Shown: one piece after another, positions 33,452 through 47,290 of the stretch | Position numbering within the stretch: position 1 is the stretch's first letter | Layout of the letters: the number at the start of each line of letters is the position of its first letter | Source of the DNA: Eledone cirrhosa | Lineage: Eukaryota | Direction: 5' to 3' | Assembly: GCA_964016885.1 (NCBI GenBank) | Contig: OZ024741.1 | Coordinates: forward strand, 136,834,001 to 136,898,000 | DNA: 64,000 nt | The notes under the pieces: generated by a model | The model's database searches: none | Told to the model about the DNA's origin: nothing | What the model saw: only the letters and a program-made list of their open reading frames with translations | Translations under genes and position numbers: made by a program

Positions 33452-33632
33452 GGCTTCTACAGGACTGGAACTGTTTCATTCGGGAGAAATCATCAGGAAG
33501 CCCAGATGATTTCTCCCGAATTAAACAGTTCTAGTCCTGTAGATGCCATTTCTATATTAAATATTTATACTCTGCTATGTATTGAGTACCTTACTTACTG
33601 TGGTTACCCCCGATTGAACCCGGGATAAACTT
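33448..33632. mobile_element. Fold-back mini-element (family Q) with hammerhead
   Basis: Palindrome centred at about 33500. The minus arm reads CTGATGA-tttctcccgaat-GAAA-cag-ttccagtc-ctg-TA^gaagcc. Family copies at 36213-36362, 36931-37082 and about 42140-42260. Confidence 0.75.
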
Positions 33633-34172
33633 ATATATATATATTTATATATATTCTTTATTAAGGCCAGGTTGTGTCTTGTTAGTTTGGGGTTTTCTCC
33701 TGATAACCCTATGAGTACTCTATAAGCACACAGGAGGAATTCCAGAACAACTAGACTTAAACTTGGCCTTAATTTTAAAAATACTAATCTCAACAAATGT
33801 ATAGACGACTCATTCTGGCTGCCGTCAATATTAAACATATGTGTGTATGTGTATGCATCTGTATGTGTGTGTGTCTGTGACTATGTATGTATATATGTAT
33901 GTATCTGTTTGTATGTCTGTGTGTGTATATATATATATATATTATCAGTTAAGAAGTTGATATGATCAATTAAGAAATGTTATTCACAGTTGTTTAAATA
34001 ACATTACAAATGCGTAAATGACATTATAAATTGCTCGCAATTCTTTTAGAAGAACGTTACAAATATAATGTCGGGGATAAGCATAAAAGAGAGAAAAAAG
34101 AAGAAAAGGGGGAGAGGAAGCAAAAACAAAACTACCATCGATTCACCACCAAGTGCGACAATCGACCGCACA

Positions 34173-34209
<37 letters not shown>

Positions 34210-34403
34210 ATATTTTCGGGGAAGGGGGTTCATATACCGAAAAAAACGACACTACGAAACTGAAAATTACAAATTCGCTAAATGATTGGAAATTACGAAA
34301 AAACAATCGGTATTTACGCACAACGTTTACTTGAAAGATCAAATTTATTAAAAATTAACACACCCTTTAATTCAAAAACTCATAACCGAAATAATCCACT
34401 AAT

Positions 34404-35921
34404 TTATTCAAAAATAATCATGTCATCCTGCTCTGGAATGTCATTGTTTTCCAAATCAGTGGATTGAATGATTCCTGTGGAATTTTCTTGTGACTCAATT
34501 GCCTGCAGAATTTTCGTCCCTAGTCTTTCATGTTGAGCGATAGAGGTCGAATTGAATAGAGAGTTCTTATCCAGATAGCCTGCTCGTAGTGCATTCATGA
34601 CACAGCTATCTGTGATTTTGTTCCATGAATTTCCCACCCAAGTCACGATCTCTTGAAGGCTGGGCTTCACGAAATTTCCCAGCTCGTTTCTCGCCATTCT
34701 GTTTTCGATGTAGCCCGTTATTTCCATGCGCAGATGGTCCTTGAATGGTTTATTCAGTGCGATGTCAAGAGTCTGGAGATAGGCGGTCATTCCTGCGGGA
34801 ATCATCATTTCAGTTTCCAGAACACAGATACCTGAAACGCGTTCAATTTTATCTTTCTTGCCTTTAGTGATGATAAGAGGTGGGGCTTTGCTTCCGTTGA
34901 GACGAATTGCCAAGGTACACGTAACTCGTGCACTTTCGTAACCAATGGATGGAATGTAAATTGACGACGCACCCCTTTGGTCAATTGTAGATTGAGAGCT
35001 TTGACCCATGAATACTGCTGTTTCATCCATAGCAATCACGTTGGAGAGACGGTAGTTAGAAAAGTCTATTCCATCAACAAATGACTTAAATGCGAGTGCA
35101 CGTTTAATAAACTCAGTATCGTCCAGTTTGAACAGTGGTGTCGATCTTCTCAGAGAAAATTCGTGTCGCTGAAGGAAATTATCCAGCCAGTGTTTGGATG
35201 CTTTGAATTCTTCTGGAACTATACCAAACTCGAGTGCATTTGTAAGGGCAAATGTTTGAATATCAGCCCTGTGAACAACCAAAACTCTGACTCTTCTTTC
35301 AGCAATCCATTCGCAGATGGTGTCTTCCAGCTCAAGAAATATCGGTTATCGACCAGATCCACGCTTGCGTTTCTTTGCATTTCCCTCGTCCATGTCCTGA
35401 CTGAGTTTATTGTACTCCATTCTCCATCTTTGAACCATTCGGATATCCAGATTCTTTTCTTTGCAGAAAATAGTAAGATTCTTGCCCAGTGATTCCTCCA
35501 CAATTCCTTTCTTGTACTCGATCGACTGTATAACTCTTCCTTCCTTTCGTCTTGTCTAAGGCTGAAAATGATCTTCTCCCCTGAAGTTACTGATAAGCCA
35601 TTACTTCTGGTTTGTATTTGAATAAACAATATTGATTACACGCACTTCCCCCTTTCCTTTCGCTAATTTCATTATCTATTTTTTCACTTCCGCGCATTCC
35701 ACAAACTTCTTATACACCCACCTATCAGTTAGTTTTACATTAAGATACAATCCTGTTCTATAATGGCTGATTGCGCCAATTTTCATAGCTGGCCATTTCT
35801 TTCTTTTGGCGTTCGTTTTTGCTACGGCTTATTTTCGGGGCATGGCTTATATTAAATCCATCCTGAAATATAGTGCTACGGCTTATTTCCGGGGGTGGCT
35901 TATAATGGGGGAAACACGGTA
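34404..35921 (-). mobile_element. pogo/Tigger-like DNA transposon (CENP-B HTH + DDE_1), internally deleted, one TIR visible
   Basis: ORF 34404-35282 has ASKHWLDNFLQRH, MDET and IPAGMTAYLQTLD..NKPFK. In-frame upstream sequence reads LELEDTICEWIAERR. The terminus at 35921 on the minus strand is taccgtgtttcccc...ataagcc, with subterminal repeats. Confidence 0.85.
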
Positions 35922-36101
35922 AACATATCCAAGGAGTGTAACGCGGAGTTACTGTAGGTTCACCCGGGTGAGCACTCGATGTTTAGGTTCACGTCGGTAT
36001 CGAGGTGTAGAGCTAGACAGAGTGTAGTATAATAAAACAAGTACGAATGGTTACTCCTTCATTACGTTTATTGGTTGACATTCTGTCATTACTACCACAG
36101 A

Positions 36102-36168
36102 GGTCCGACGAGCCATTGATCGATAAAGATTGAACCTTGAGCTGATCAATACAGAAACGCGCGTCACC
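36102..36168 (+). ncRNA. Hammerhead-like motif (U4C core) inside a ~160-bp inverted repeat
   Basis: ggt-CCGACGA-gcc-attgatc...gatcaat-aca-GAAA-cgcgcg-TC^acc. Flanking arms at about 36043-36080 and 36163-36202. Confidence 0.55.
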
Positions 36169-36223
36169 AACCAATAAACGTAACGAAGGAGTAACCATTC
36201 GTCCTTCGTATATTGGACAGCCA

Positions 36224-36276
36224 GAGATTTCTGATGATTTCTAAAGAATGAAACAGTTCTAGTTCTGTAGAATCTC
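36224..36276 (+). ncRNA. Type I hammerhead ribozyme (family Q)
   Basis: gagattt-CTGATGA-t-ttct-aa-agaa-t-GAAA-cag-ttctagtt-ctg-TA^gaatctc. An opposite-strand copy lies at about 37019-37071. Confidence 0.8.
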
Positions 36277-36361
36277 ATCTATATTAAAACTGTTATACTC
36301 TGCTATGTATTGAGTACCTTACTTACTGTGGTTACTTCCGATTCAACCCGGAATAACTTAC

Positions 36362-36394
<33 letters not shown>

Positions 36395-36399
36395 CGACC

Positions 36400-36480
<81 letters not shown>

Positions 36481-36484
<4 letters not shown>

Positions 36485-36664
36485 GTATATGCCAGCGCAC
36501 AAGTCGACATTTGGAGCCTAAAAATATCTCTCCAAAACCAGGGGTCGACTTGTCCGCTGAATATAAAATGTGGAAGTATGAGTACTGTGTCGCCTGTACT
36601 ACACCTTATAATTTTAGGGGTCGGCTTATGCGCCAGATAGATTTGTACGCGGGCATATACGGTA
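36481..36664. mobile_element. MITE of the Tc1/mariner-pogo type inserted in TA
   Basis: TIRs taccgtatatgccagcgcacaa and ttgtacgcgggcatatacggta, with TA on both sides. Confidence 0.85.
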
Positions 36665-37246
36665 TATATATATATATAGTTATGTAATAAACAACATACG
36701 ATAATTATTTTATTTACCAGTGGTATATATATATATATATTCTTTGCTTAAACTTTAATCTGTTATTTTAATAAATATATATATATGGCCTTTAACGTTT
36801 GTTATAGCTCTGGTTCATCTGAAACATTGAGCACTTGCCGCACATCTCGGAGGTTGTCTTTCGTTATTTCGTGGGCTTAAATGCGAATCTCGATAATTTA
36901 TGTTTGTTTATATATATATATATATATATATAGGTAAATTATTCCGGGTTGAATCGGAAGTAACCACAGTAAGTAAGGTACTCAATACATAGCAGAGTAT
37001 AAAAGTTTTAATATAGATGAGATTCTACAAGACTAGAACTGTTTCATTCTTTAGAAATCATCAGGAACCTCTGGCTGTCCAAAATAAATGTTGTGGTATT
37101 TAAATCTTTTGTGGTGGTAGGAGAGGGTGGGGAGTGGGATGGGTGGAGGTCATTGGTTGAAAGAAGAGGGAATTCATTAAAAGTTAATTCTTTAAGGCTA
37201 TAATTTATATTTAGAGTGACAAAGGCAGAAAGAATTCTATCAACAA

Positions 37247-37316
<70 letters not shown>

Positions 37317-37320
<4 letters not shown>

Positions 37321-40300
37321 TTGCGAGGTTTTTTATATGAAATCGTGTGCCGAAACAAATATTGTTATAATTGGGGAGGGTCATATTTGTGTAATATTGC
37401 CAGAATTAATAACAGAACACACTCACTGTTTGGTTGGTTTTCGCTTTTCGCTTCTGTGTCTTTTATATCGGTAATTTAATTTATTCGGTCCTCAATGTTG
37501 CCATTGACTGACCAACGGTCAAAAACACAGATACAATATAGACACAAACACATATATATAGTTTATCAAAGTTCTTTCGTTTCACATCTGCAACATCGTC
37601 AGTGGTGCTATTATTTCCTCCCGTTGCATTGTATTTTCTACGCCATCTTTATTTAGTCTGTTTATATATTTATTTATTTGTTTATTTTATTTTGTCCTCT
37701 TTGCGCATGCGTTTGCGTGTGTGTATAGTGTTTTGTTTGATGTGTGTTCGTGATTGGGTGACTGTGTATTGGTTAATGTATTCTATCTTTACTAGTGTGT
37801 GTTTATATGTATTTGTTGTTATTGTGCTTGTGTATGTATTATTTATTTATTTATTTATCTATTTATTTATTTATTTATTTATACTTCTCTTAGGTCAGTG
37901 TTGTTTGTTTGGGTGTTGTTGTTATTCCATTCATTTTTTCTGTTTAGCCTTGGCCTTCTAAGTTCTATTTCACTGGCCTCTCTGATTTGCCTATCTGCTG
38001 GGTCATTTCTATGTTTAGATATTATTCTAATTTCTATGGTGTCTATGTTACCGTCGTGTTGTTGTCTGGCATGTTCGTATAGTACTGAACCATTTTTTCG
38101 AGAAAGTATTCTTCAACCCAGCTGAAGATGGGTAATATCTATCCTACGAGATTACACTTTAATAAAAGAGTTTACATACCACAACAAATAGATGACAAGA
38201 CATAGGCACAGTTCACCATAGCTAGAAATAAGATTAGACAAATAGTAGACCGGTATACTGAGACAGAGCAGACGGGAGGTCCAACAACTTGGGAGGAAAC
38301 CTGTAGAAGGCTTGGTTAGCCTCAAACAGCGCACAAGGGATGGTGAGGTAGTATGTCTACCCACGGATAAGTCTGGTAGGATGTCAATAGATAGCATGCC
38401 GAACTACATCAAGGCTATGCAACCCCACATCACCAACACGAGCGAAATTGCACAGCAAATACATGATGAGAGAGAGAAAATCCTCAACGCTCACATGATG
38501 ATGTGGACCGACATCCTAAAGCCAAGCAGACGCACTGCCAACAACTTCCAGGCGTCTAACAATGGCATACCACCCTTGTATGGGCTCCGCAAAGACCACA
38601 AGGCAGTCGACGATCCGACAACAGGACCACCAACAAGACCCGTATGCGGAGCAAATATAGATAGCAACTACAGGATCTCCTACTTCCTCTCAATGGTTAT
38701 ACGCCCCATAATCAAGATGTCCCCAGATGTATGTGACAGTACAGAGGACTTCCTCAGCAGAATCAGTGAGTGCAACAAAAACAGGAACCTATCCAACTGC
38801 ATAATAGGCAGCATGGATGTGGTATCACTGTACCCATCCATTAACATTGATTTTGCCGTGGAAAAATGTGTGGAGATGATCATTGAGAGTGAGGTGGAGT
38901 TCTGCGACGTCGACACAGACGAACTGGGCCTCCTAATTAGACTTACCTACGACACTGACTACCTAGACAGCCATGACCTTAGACGTTTCTGCCCCAGTAG
39001 ACCCATAAGAGGTAGACCACCCCCCCCCCCCCCCCCACCACCACCACCATAACCTCAATGGCTAAAAAGACTCCCATGGGAAGTTGGATTGGGTGGACCA
39101 AAGCTATACGGACCCCCCAAAACAATGATCAGGTAAGAAAAATGGTCGCACATGCAATAGGGGCTAGTATCAAAACTACCCTAAAGGGCCACATATTCAA
39201 GTTCAACGAGAAGATCTACACCCAAAATGAGGGAGCAGCCATTGGCGTCAGTATAGCTGGTGACGTTGCCAACCTTTTTATGGTATGATGGGAAAGGAGA
39301 CTTAAAGATCTCCTTAATGAGAGCTCCATAGACTCCATCATGTACTCTCGTTACGTAGACGATATCAATATAGTTATAAGAACATCCCCACAAGAGAGCA
39401 CTAACAAGTTTGATTTAGAACGTAGCACAATGGAAAGCATCCAGCAGATAGCTAATTCCATACACCAGAGTATAACTGTAACTATCGACTACCCTTCCAA
39501 ACACCCTAACAATAGACTACCTGTATTAGATACGGAACTCTGGGTTAACACTATAGACGAGAGAGCCCAAATTCTCCACTCACACTATGCTAAACCCATG
39601 GCCTCCAAATATGATACTCAAAAAACTCAGCAATGTCCAGTAGTGCTAAGTTTAATATTCTGATCGCAGACTTGGTACGAGTGATGAAGAACGTGTCCCG
39701 CATGTGCGACCCAACCGAAATAGAAAGACACATCCAACACTTCATCAACCGCATGCAGTTCTCTGGCTACAAACAAAGAGACAGAATCAGAGTATACGAA
39801 GGAGCCACGGAGAAGTATAAGACCCTCATAGAACTGGACATGAAAGGAATTTGCCTATTATACAGGAGCAAATCATGGAATAGCTTAGATAGGGCTAGAC
39901 ATAAGATAGGGAAAGCCACCTCATGGTACGACAACCAGAGATACCAGAGTGTCATGTTTGTGGACGCTACCCCTGGAGGGAAATTAGCTAACCAGTGTAG
40001 AAAGGCCCTGAGAAAGACCCACTTAAAGATTAAGGTGGTAGAAAAGACAGGAACCACCATAAAATCCCTGATCAGCAAAACCTACCCTTTTAAGAAAACC
40101 CACTGTACTAATAGAAAATGTATCATATGTAAGGTAAACCCCCGGATAAACTGTAAAACTAGAAACGTAGTCTATAGCATAAGATGTACAGAGGGTACTT
40201 GCAGAAACATGACAACAACATACATAGGCGAGACAGCTCGTAGCATAGGTGAAAGGATAGACCAACACTGGGGGTAACTAAAAGGACGAAAAAACGGTTC

Positions 40301-41011
40301 AGTACTATACGAACATGCCAGACAACAACACGACGGTAACATAGACAACATAGAAATTAGAATATCTAAACATAGAAATAACCCAGCAGATAGGCAAATC
40401 AGAGAGGCCAGTGAAATAGAACTTAGAAGGTCAAGGCTAAACAGAAAAAATGAATGGAATAACAACAACACCCAAACAAACAACACTGACCTAAGAGAAG
40501 TATAAATAAATAAATAGATAAATAAATAAATAAAAACATACACAAGCACAATAATAACAAACACATATAAACACACACTAGTAAAGATAGAATACATTAA
40601 CCAATACACAGTCACCCAATCACGAACACACATCAAACAAAACACTATACACACACGCAAACGCATGCGCAAAGAAGACAAAATAAAATAAACAAATAGA
40701 TAAATATATAAACAGACTAAATAAAGATGGCGTAGAAAATACAATGCAACGGGAGGAAACAATAGCACCACTGACGATGTTGCAGATGCGCAACGAAAGA
40801 ACTTTGATAAACTATATATATGTGTTTGTGTCTATATTGTATCTGTATTTATATTGTATCTGTATTTTTGACCGTTGATCAGTCAATGGCAACATTGACG
40901 ACCGAATAAATTAAATTACCGATATAAAAGACACAGAAGCGAAAAGCGAAAACCAACCAAACAGTGAGTGTGTTCTGTTATTAATTCTGGCAATATTACA
41001 CAAATATGACC
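37317..41011 (+). mobile_element. Decayed Penelope-like retroelement with ~720-bp inverted terminal arms
   Basis: Arms at about 37379-38100 and 40287-41011, slightly diverged. Hammerhead-like CTGACGA-tgttgc...gcaac-GAAA at about 40772-40810, mirrored at about 37565-37605. TA on both flanks. Confidence 0.9.
38101..40450 (+). pseudogene. Penelope-like RT + GIY-YIG ORF, disrupted
   Basis: PTDKSG, LYGLRKDHK, TRPVCG, GSMDVVSLYPSI, YTQNEGAAIG, YSRYVDD, LPVLD, NVVYSIRC...YIGETARS. Frameshift at the poly-C run (about 39019), stops at 39286 and 40275, and a frameshift near 39610. Confidence 0.9.
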
Positions 41012-41030
41012 TTGCCCTATATATATATAC

Positions 41031-41116
<86 letters not shown>

Positions 41117-41601
41117 CATATATATATATACATATATATATATATACATACATATATATATATATACATATATATACATACATATATATATATATATACA
41201 TATATATACATATATATGTATATATATATATATATATAATATAAGATCAAAAGATGGTTATAAGAGTTCCAAGTATTTTATTATGCGCATTTCAAAAACA
41301 AATATCATCATGGGATGTTATTTGCGTTCTCATCTGATAAAATAGGGAGACATGATATGAAGCTTAAAAACACTTGTGAGCAGTGAAGTTTTAAATCAAC
41401 ATATGAAAAATAAAATAAGATGGATATATGAGATTGGGAAAAAAATGAGGAGGGGGTAGGAAAAGGTATATATATATATTATATATATATTTATATAATA
41501 TGTATAAATATATACCGTATATATATGTGTGTGTGTGCGTGTGTTGTAATGTTTCTATGTGATTTAATAAATGCTAGTGTTGTTTTATTTCATTTGTACA
41601 G

Positions 41602-41670
41602 CAATATATACTGTGAAGGCAGAAGACAATGCTGAAGACTTATTAGGACAAATGATAAACAAACGGAACT
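41602..41670 (+). CDS. Coding exon 2 ((A)IYTVKAEDNAEDLLGQMINKRN)
   Basis: Acceptor tttcatttgtacag, donor |gtaagt, 69 nt, phase 1-1. Completes the signal peptide (VKA) and ends with a dibasic KR. Confidence 0.8.
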
Positions 41671-41682
41671 GTAAGTATTTGA

Positions 41683-41734
<52 letters not shown>

Positions 41735-42369
41735 TAGTGAGTGTGTGCGTGTGAGTATTTGTGAGTGTTTGTATTAAAGTTTAAATGTTAGTGTATGTGT
41801 ATCTGTGTGTGTATGTGTTAGTGTTTCTGTGTGTTAATGTGTGTGTGAAAGGTTAACGGAAAGCAACAACAAAGAAAAAACGATGCAGTACAATGAGGCT
41901 ATATATTAGTTTAACACTTGATGTTAGAGGAAAAGAGTCTTAATGTTTCAGAGAATAGTCCTTCATTAGAAGATGGAATGAAGGATAGAAGAAGAAAGAT
42001 TGACGAAAGTAAGAAGAGGAAGGAACGGTGACAAAATACGAGTTAGTCAGTTATCTTGTTGAATATGTATATATATATATGTGTGTGTGAGTATGTGGGA
42101 GTGTGTGGGAGTGTTATGTAAGAGAGAGCGAGAGAGAGAGTCCCGGGTTCAATCGAGGGTAACCACAGTAAGTAAGATACTCAATACAGGGCTTTCCTGA
42201 TGATTTCTTTTGAAAAAACAGTTCTAGTCTTGTAGAAGCCTTTTCGATATTAAACTGCATATATATATATATGTTAAGTATTTCCGTAGAAAAGGTAAAT
42301 GAAAGAAGAGTGTTCTATGTATAGTACAGAGCTATTTAATTACATGAGAAACAACACAATATAATTATT

Positions 42370-42436
42370 CCATTACCCAAGGTTTCACGAAGTCAGACGA
42401 TTCTAACAGAGGCGTCTGAAGTCGTTCATCAGATAG
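42370..42436 (-). ncRNA. Type I hammerhead ribozyme in a mini-element with a partial inverted arm
   Basis: ctat-CTGATGA-acga-cttcagacg...cgtctga-ct-tcgt-GAAA-cc-ttg-gg-TA^atgg. Inverted partial copy at about 42460-42491. The element end (about 42278-42340) recurs at about 55177-55240. Confidence 0.75.
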
Positions 42437-42911
42437 AAAATAGACATCCATATTAAAGATTTCTATCTGATGAACGACTTCAGACGCCTCTTTATATTGT
42501 GTTGTTTATTACATAATTACATAAAGTCATATTGTAAAAATATTGATGTAATTCAATTCAAGAACTCAACGTACATTTTCCACACAGGAGTGACGGAGTA
42601 TTTATAGAATAAGGAAATACAAAGTTTTATTGATAAGGCCATGGTACATATTTCATGAATCGAGTGCCGTTCCCCCAGGGGAACGTCACTCGATGCATGA
42701 ACAACGTTGTTTGTCCGTTCAATGTTGAATTACCTCCTTCATGGTAACCTTATTATGTATGACGCTGTCTGAAGAAACCATGGCAGTGGCTTCTACCCTG
42801 AATTGCGCAGTCAATCTCGTCCTCGAAATATGTATCACGGGCCTTATCAATAAAGGACTTTATCATCTAAACTTTGTATTTCCTTATTCTCTCTCTCTAT
42901 ATATATATATA

Positions 42912-43100
42912 AAGGAATTGTGGTAAGGAATCAGATGGACCATAACGCACCAGAGTACTCAATACTTAGGGTAGTAGATTGGGAAATAGGAAAAAGTATG
43001 ACCCCGACGGCAGAGCTCAAGCCGTTTCGACAGCTATTTCTGGACAAGAAATAGCCGTCGAAACGGCTTGAGCTCTGCCGTCGGGGTCATACTTTTTCCT
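42912..43100. mobile_element. Fold-back mini-element, family P
   Basis: Palindrome centred at about 43044 (atttct-ggaca-agaaat), same sequence as 29769-29940. Confidence 0.8.
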
Positions 43101-43331
43101 ATATATATATATATATATATAATGAATAAACGAAGTTAATTTCAACTTCATGTTTATATATATATATGTGTGTGTGAGTGAGTGAGATGAAAAGATAAAG
43201 AGAAAGAGAGGGTAATACAATTTAGAAGAATGAGAAATGTTCTTACATATATTCATCCATATATTCATAGCTTTCAGTTGAAAATTCTGTAACCTCTCGC
43301 TATCATTATATCTGACATGTTATTATTTCAG

Positions 43332-43379
43332 CTTGGTGGAGCAAGAAATCAACTTTCCCTTTAGTAGAAGACTATCCCG
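43332..43379 (+). CDS. Coding exon 3 ((S)WWSKKSTFPLVEDYP)
   Basis: Acceptor ttattatttcag, donor CG|GTATGT, 48 nt, phase 1-1, open in the frame continuing exon 2. Confidence 0.72.
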
Positions 43380-43741
43380 GTATGTTACATTATATTTTAC
43401 TTTATTCCGTTATTATTTCACTCTTTTACTCGTTTTAGTCATTAGGTTGCTGACATACTGGAGCACCGTTTGTAATACTTTTGGTTCAGTCCAGTGGTTT
43501 CCAGCATGGATTAAAATGATCTTGAAGAGTTCATTAAAATTATTTAGGGGGGGTTTCGTAAACGAAAAGGAGAAAAGTAGGATGTGAGTTGAGGTAGATT
43601 TGGCTGCAAGTTATTGAGATATCAAATAAGTTGTTGTTATCATGACTGTGTCTAGAGAAGTCAATTTGGTATGTTGGTAGTAATAAAAAATATGCATACA
43701 CACTCACGCACACATACATACACACAAACACACACATATAT

Positions 43742-43793
<52 letters not shown>

Positions 43794-43798
43794 TCATA

Positions 43799-43873
<75 letters not shown>

Positions 43874-44371
43874 GTATATATGTGTGTGTGTGTATATATA
43901 TATATGTGTATATATGTATATGGAAAAAATGAAATTTCATTTCTCACTCTTAGTACGGCTGATACTTAAATATAAGTATATATACGTACATACATATATG
44001 TATACAGACGTACAGTAGTATTTATATACATACATACATGCACACATATATATAAGTACGTATGGGTTTACCGAACATTTATTATAATGCTCGGTTTGTT
44101 TGTAAGCCCGAATTATTAGCCGTACAGTGTTCGGCAACCATCGTTGCCATTTTGTTCAACACTGACAAAGGAACGATGAACTAGTTTCTAGCTTATTAGC
44201 TGTCATCAGCACCGTATACCTTCCTGTCAGTTGATTGAACGTTTGAAAGTATGTACTTTCCTTATGCATATTAACGGCTGAGCAGCCTAATTTGCATATC
44301 GAGTGAGTTAGTCGCCCTTTGTCAGTGTTGAATACGTCTGTATACATGTATGTATGTACGTATACATACTT

Positions 44372-44454
<83 letters not shown>

Positions 44455-44457
<3 letters not shown>

Positions 44458-45298
44458 GAGGTGCATCGGAAAAGAAGCAGGACTTAGTGTGCTGTGTGAG
44501 CTATGAGTGGGGTAGGGATTAGCGAGTTGCGTCACCGTGTGGCATAATATCCGGGGAGTATATAACAGCGATATCAGCTCTCTGCAGCCATTGTATGCTT
44601 TTTTTACGTGCTTTTGTTAACAGCTCCTCAGTTTTAGTCCATTGAGCGACGGGCACAGAGCAACGAACCAGCCTGAAGTTTCTGGTCCAGCTGCGGAAAA
44701 CTCCGTCAGAAGCACTCGGAATACTGCAGCAACTGTACTGAAATGAGACGATGTCTCGCTGATTGGTTTTCTAGAGGCACAAAAAATTAAAAAACGACCC
44801 CAGGAGCGGAAGGCCTTCAACGAGTATGACTAAGGCCAACGTATAGCGTACGTGACGATCATCGGCTGACTGTTCAACTGATCGCAAGTGGGCATGAATT
44901 GCGACAGCGTTTGGGAGATTATCACCGAAGATTTAGGCATGCTGATGATCTGTACGAAGTGCCAGAGCTGCTGAAATATGACCAGATAGAGCGGCGCATG
45001 CAGATGAGCGTCTTGAAACCGAACCAGACTTGCTGCGTAGAGTCATCACCGGTGTTGAGTCATGGATTTTCGGGTACGACTCGGAGATCAAGGGTCATAG
45101 CTACCAAGCGAGTCGTGGCGACGGAGCTGCGGAAAATACCGAGAGAATCCTTCTAGGAGTGCACGGAGGTGTGACGGAGAAGTGCATTAGACTCGAGTGG
45201 GGTTATTTCGAAGGGGAAAGCTTGTAGTTTGTAATTAGGAATTTAATTTTTTTTTTCTTTTGCGACTTCAATTCTGTTTCTTTTCTGACACAGCTCGT

Positions 45299-45299
<1 letters not shown>
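44455..45299 (+). mobile_element. Decayed mariner-family transposon
   Basis: Imperfect TIRs tacgaggtgcatcggaaaagaa and ttcttttctgacacagctcgta. Fragments EQRTSLKFLVQLRKTPSEA, RVITGVESWIFGYDSE and [12 protein letters not shown]. Confidence 0.85.
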
Positions 45300-45357
<58 letters not shown>

Positions 45358-45360
45358 TAT

Positions 45361-45453
<93 letters not shown>

Positions 45454-45710
45454 TGAAACACCTACAGATTTATTTTACCGCCTGATAAGACATCGGTTCA
45501 TGCATTCAGAGTCAGAATACAGCAACACCCTCAGCACAGGTCAATCTTTACTAAGCTTTGGGTTAGATGTTACTGGTTAAGACCAGTAAGATCATTGCTC
45601 AACTTTGTACTCCATACTTAAAGTAGAGTGTAGATATTATTATAGAATATTGACCGTTTGGATAGCAAAATGGGAAGATTAATTTTAACTATATATATGT
45701 GTGTGTATGT

Positions 45711-45752
<42 letters not shown>

Positions 45753-45789
45753 TATAAAATGAAATGACAGGAGACCAAATATGTTGAAT

Positions 45790-47290
45790 TTCCTTAATTA
45801 TTTACTTCTGCAAACACTATGCATATTTCAGTGGCCAGGTTGCGTAAAAAATCCGGTGACATCTTCCAGGTATCCAGTCCAAATATGTTTCAGTTCCCTT
45901 TTTTATCATTTCAAGTGCGCAAACTATCATTGGTATTGTACAGACCTTAAGGTGCCACATTTTTTCGATTTCAATTGATAGATTGTTATACTTACTGAGC
46001 TTTTCGAACTCTTTCGAGGAAATGTTACGATCTGATTGAATGCTCATGTCGATTTACATGTTTTCTCTTTATGGTCCTTCACAATTATGTCAGATCCGTT
46101 GGCCTTGATTATCCTGTCAGTATTCACAGAGAAATCCCATAGGATTGTCACGTTCTCGCCTCCTGTTACTGCATCAGGCTGATGGATATACCATTTTCCC
46201 TCCGTTTTCAGACCATAAAACCTGCACATTATCCAGTGTGAGTATTTCCCCACTCTATTCTGCTTCGTTTTATATTTCTGGTGAGCTAATTACTTTGCAT
46301 CTTGAAACTTGGTGGTCAGTGGTCTCAACATGCTCATCACAGAATCAACATTTCGGGTCAATTCCATTTCTAATCACATTTGCTTGAAAGTAGCGTCTTG
46401 AAATACACTGGTCTTGTATAGCCAAAATGAAGCCCTCACTCTCTGCCTTTATCCCAGAACTCCTTAGCCGCTGATGTGTGAGAGCTTTATTTACATCACT
46501 TTGCTACGGAGAACATACTGCACACTAAATGTTCCCATTTAGTGCACAGCATCTGTTGGCCTTCATGTTTTGCCAACACTGGTATTCTTTGCGGGTTTGA
46601 TTGCAGAATCGCCATCATTTTCAAAATGTATTCCTAATTCTTCCGCAAACTTCCTACTTTCCTTTGTGACTGAATGTAACCACGTTTTCTTTTCGTGATC
46701 TGCAACCATTTTTATCATCCAGTCATCTGAGTTCAATGGTCGATATCCTGTATGAAAGCTCTGGCAGGATCATTCCTCTACCTCCATTTTGTCTAGAGAG
46801 ATAGAGGCGATCCACATCTGCTTTTGGGTGGTGTATTCTATTACAGGTCAAATGTTTCCTGATTTTGGTGTCCATTCTCTTAATTTCATTCACATTCCAA
46901 TTTATGATATTGAAACTGTAGGGTACAACTAAGATTTCAAGCACATTTATGGCAGATAATTTATTTCTCGAGTTAAGCTCAGTTTTCATGACAGCATGTA
47001 CTCGCCAGTAATATTTCTTCCTGATTCTCTCTTTCATGCTGGCATGGTGAATACCTTGACCTTCATTGATCCCTAAATATATGTAGGCTTGTTCCTGTTC
47101 TTGTTCCCTAATTACTGTATTCACATCTATTTCCATTGAGTTTGTGTTTCTCATCTGTCTTTCCTTGGCGCATTTTTCCAGTCCAAACTCCATCCCCACA
47201 TCATCGCTGAACACCTTAACTATCTTCGGCTGTCCTTCCAATCCGTTGTCATTGTTGCCATATAGCTTCAAGTCATCCATAAAAACAGGT
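45790..47290 (-). mobile_element. 5'-truncated R4/Dong-like non-LTR retrotransposon (RT C-terminus + REL endonuclease), decayed
   Basis: MDDLKLY, YIYLGI and DRLYLSRQNGGRG, followed downstream by ILWDFSVNTDRIIKANGSDIIVKD and KEFEKLSKYNNLSIEIEKMW. Confidence 0.85.

Noticed and set aside
37602-37961. Hydrophobic membrane-protein-like ORFs (also 40172-40771)
   Set aside because: Antisense reading of the A-rich PLE 3' UTR in the two inverted arms.
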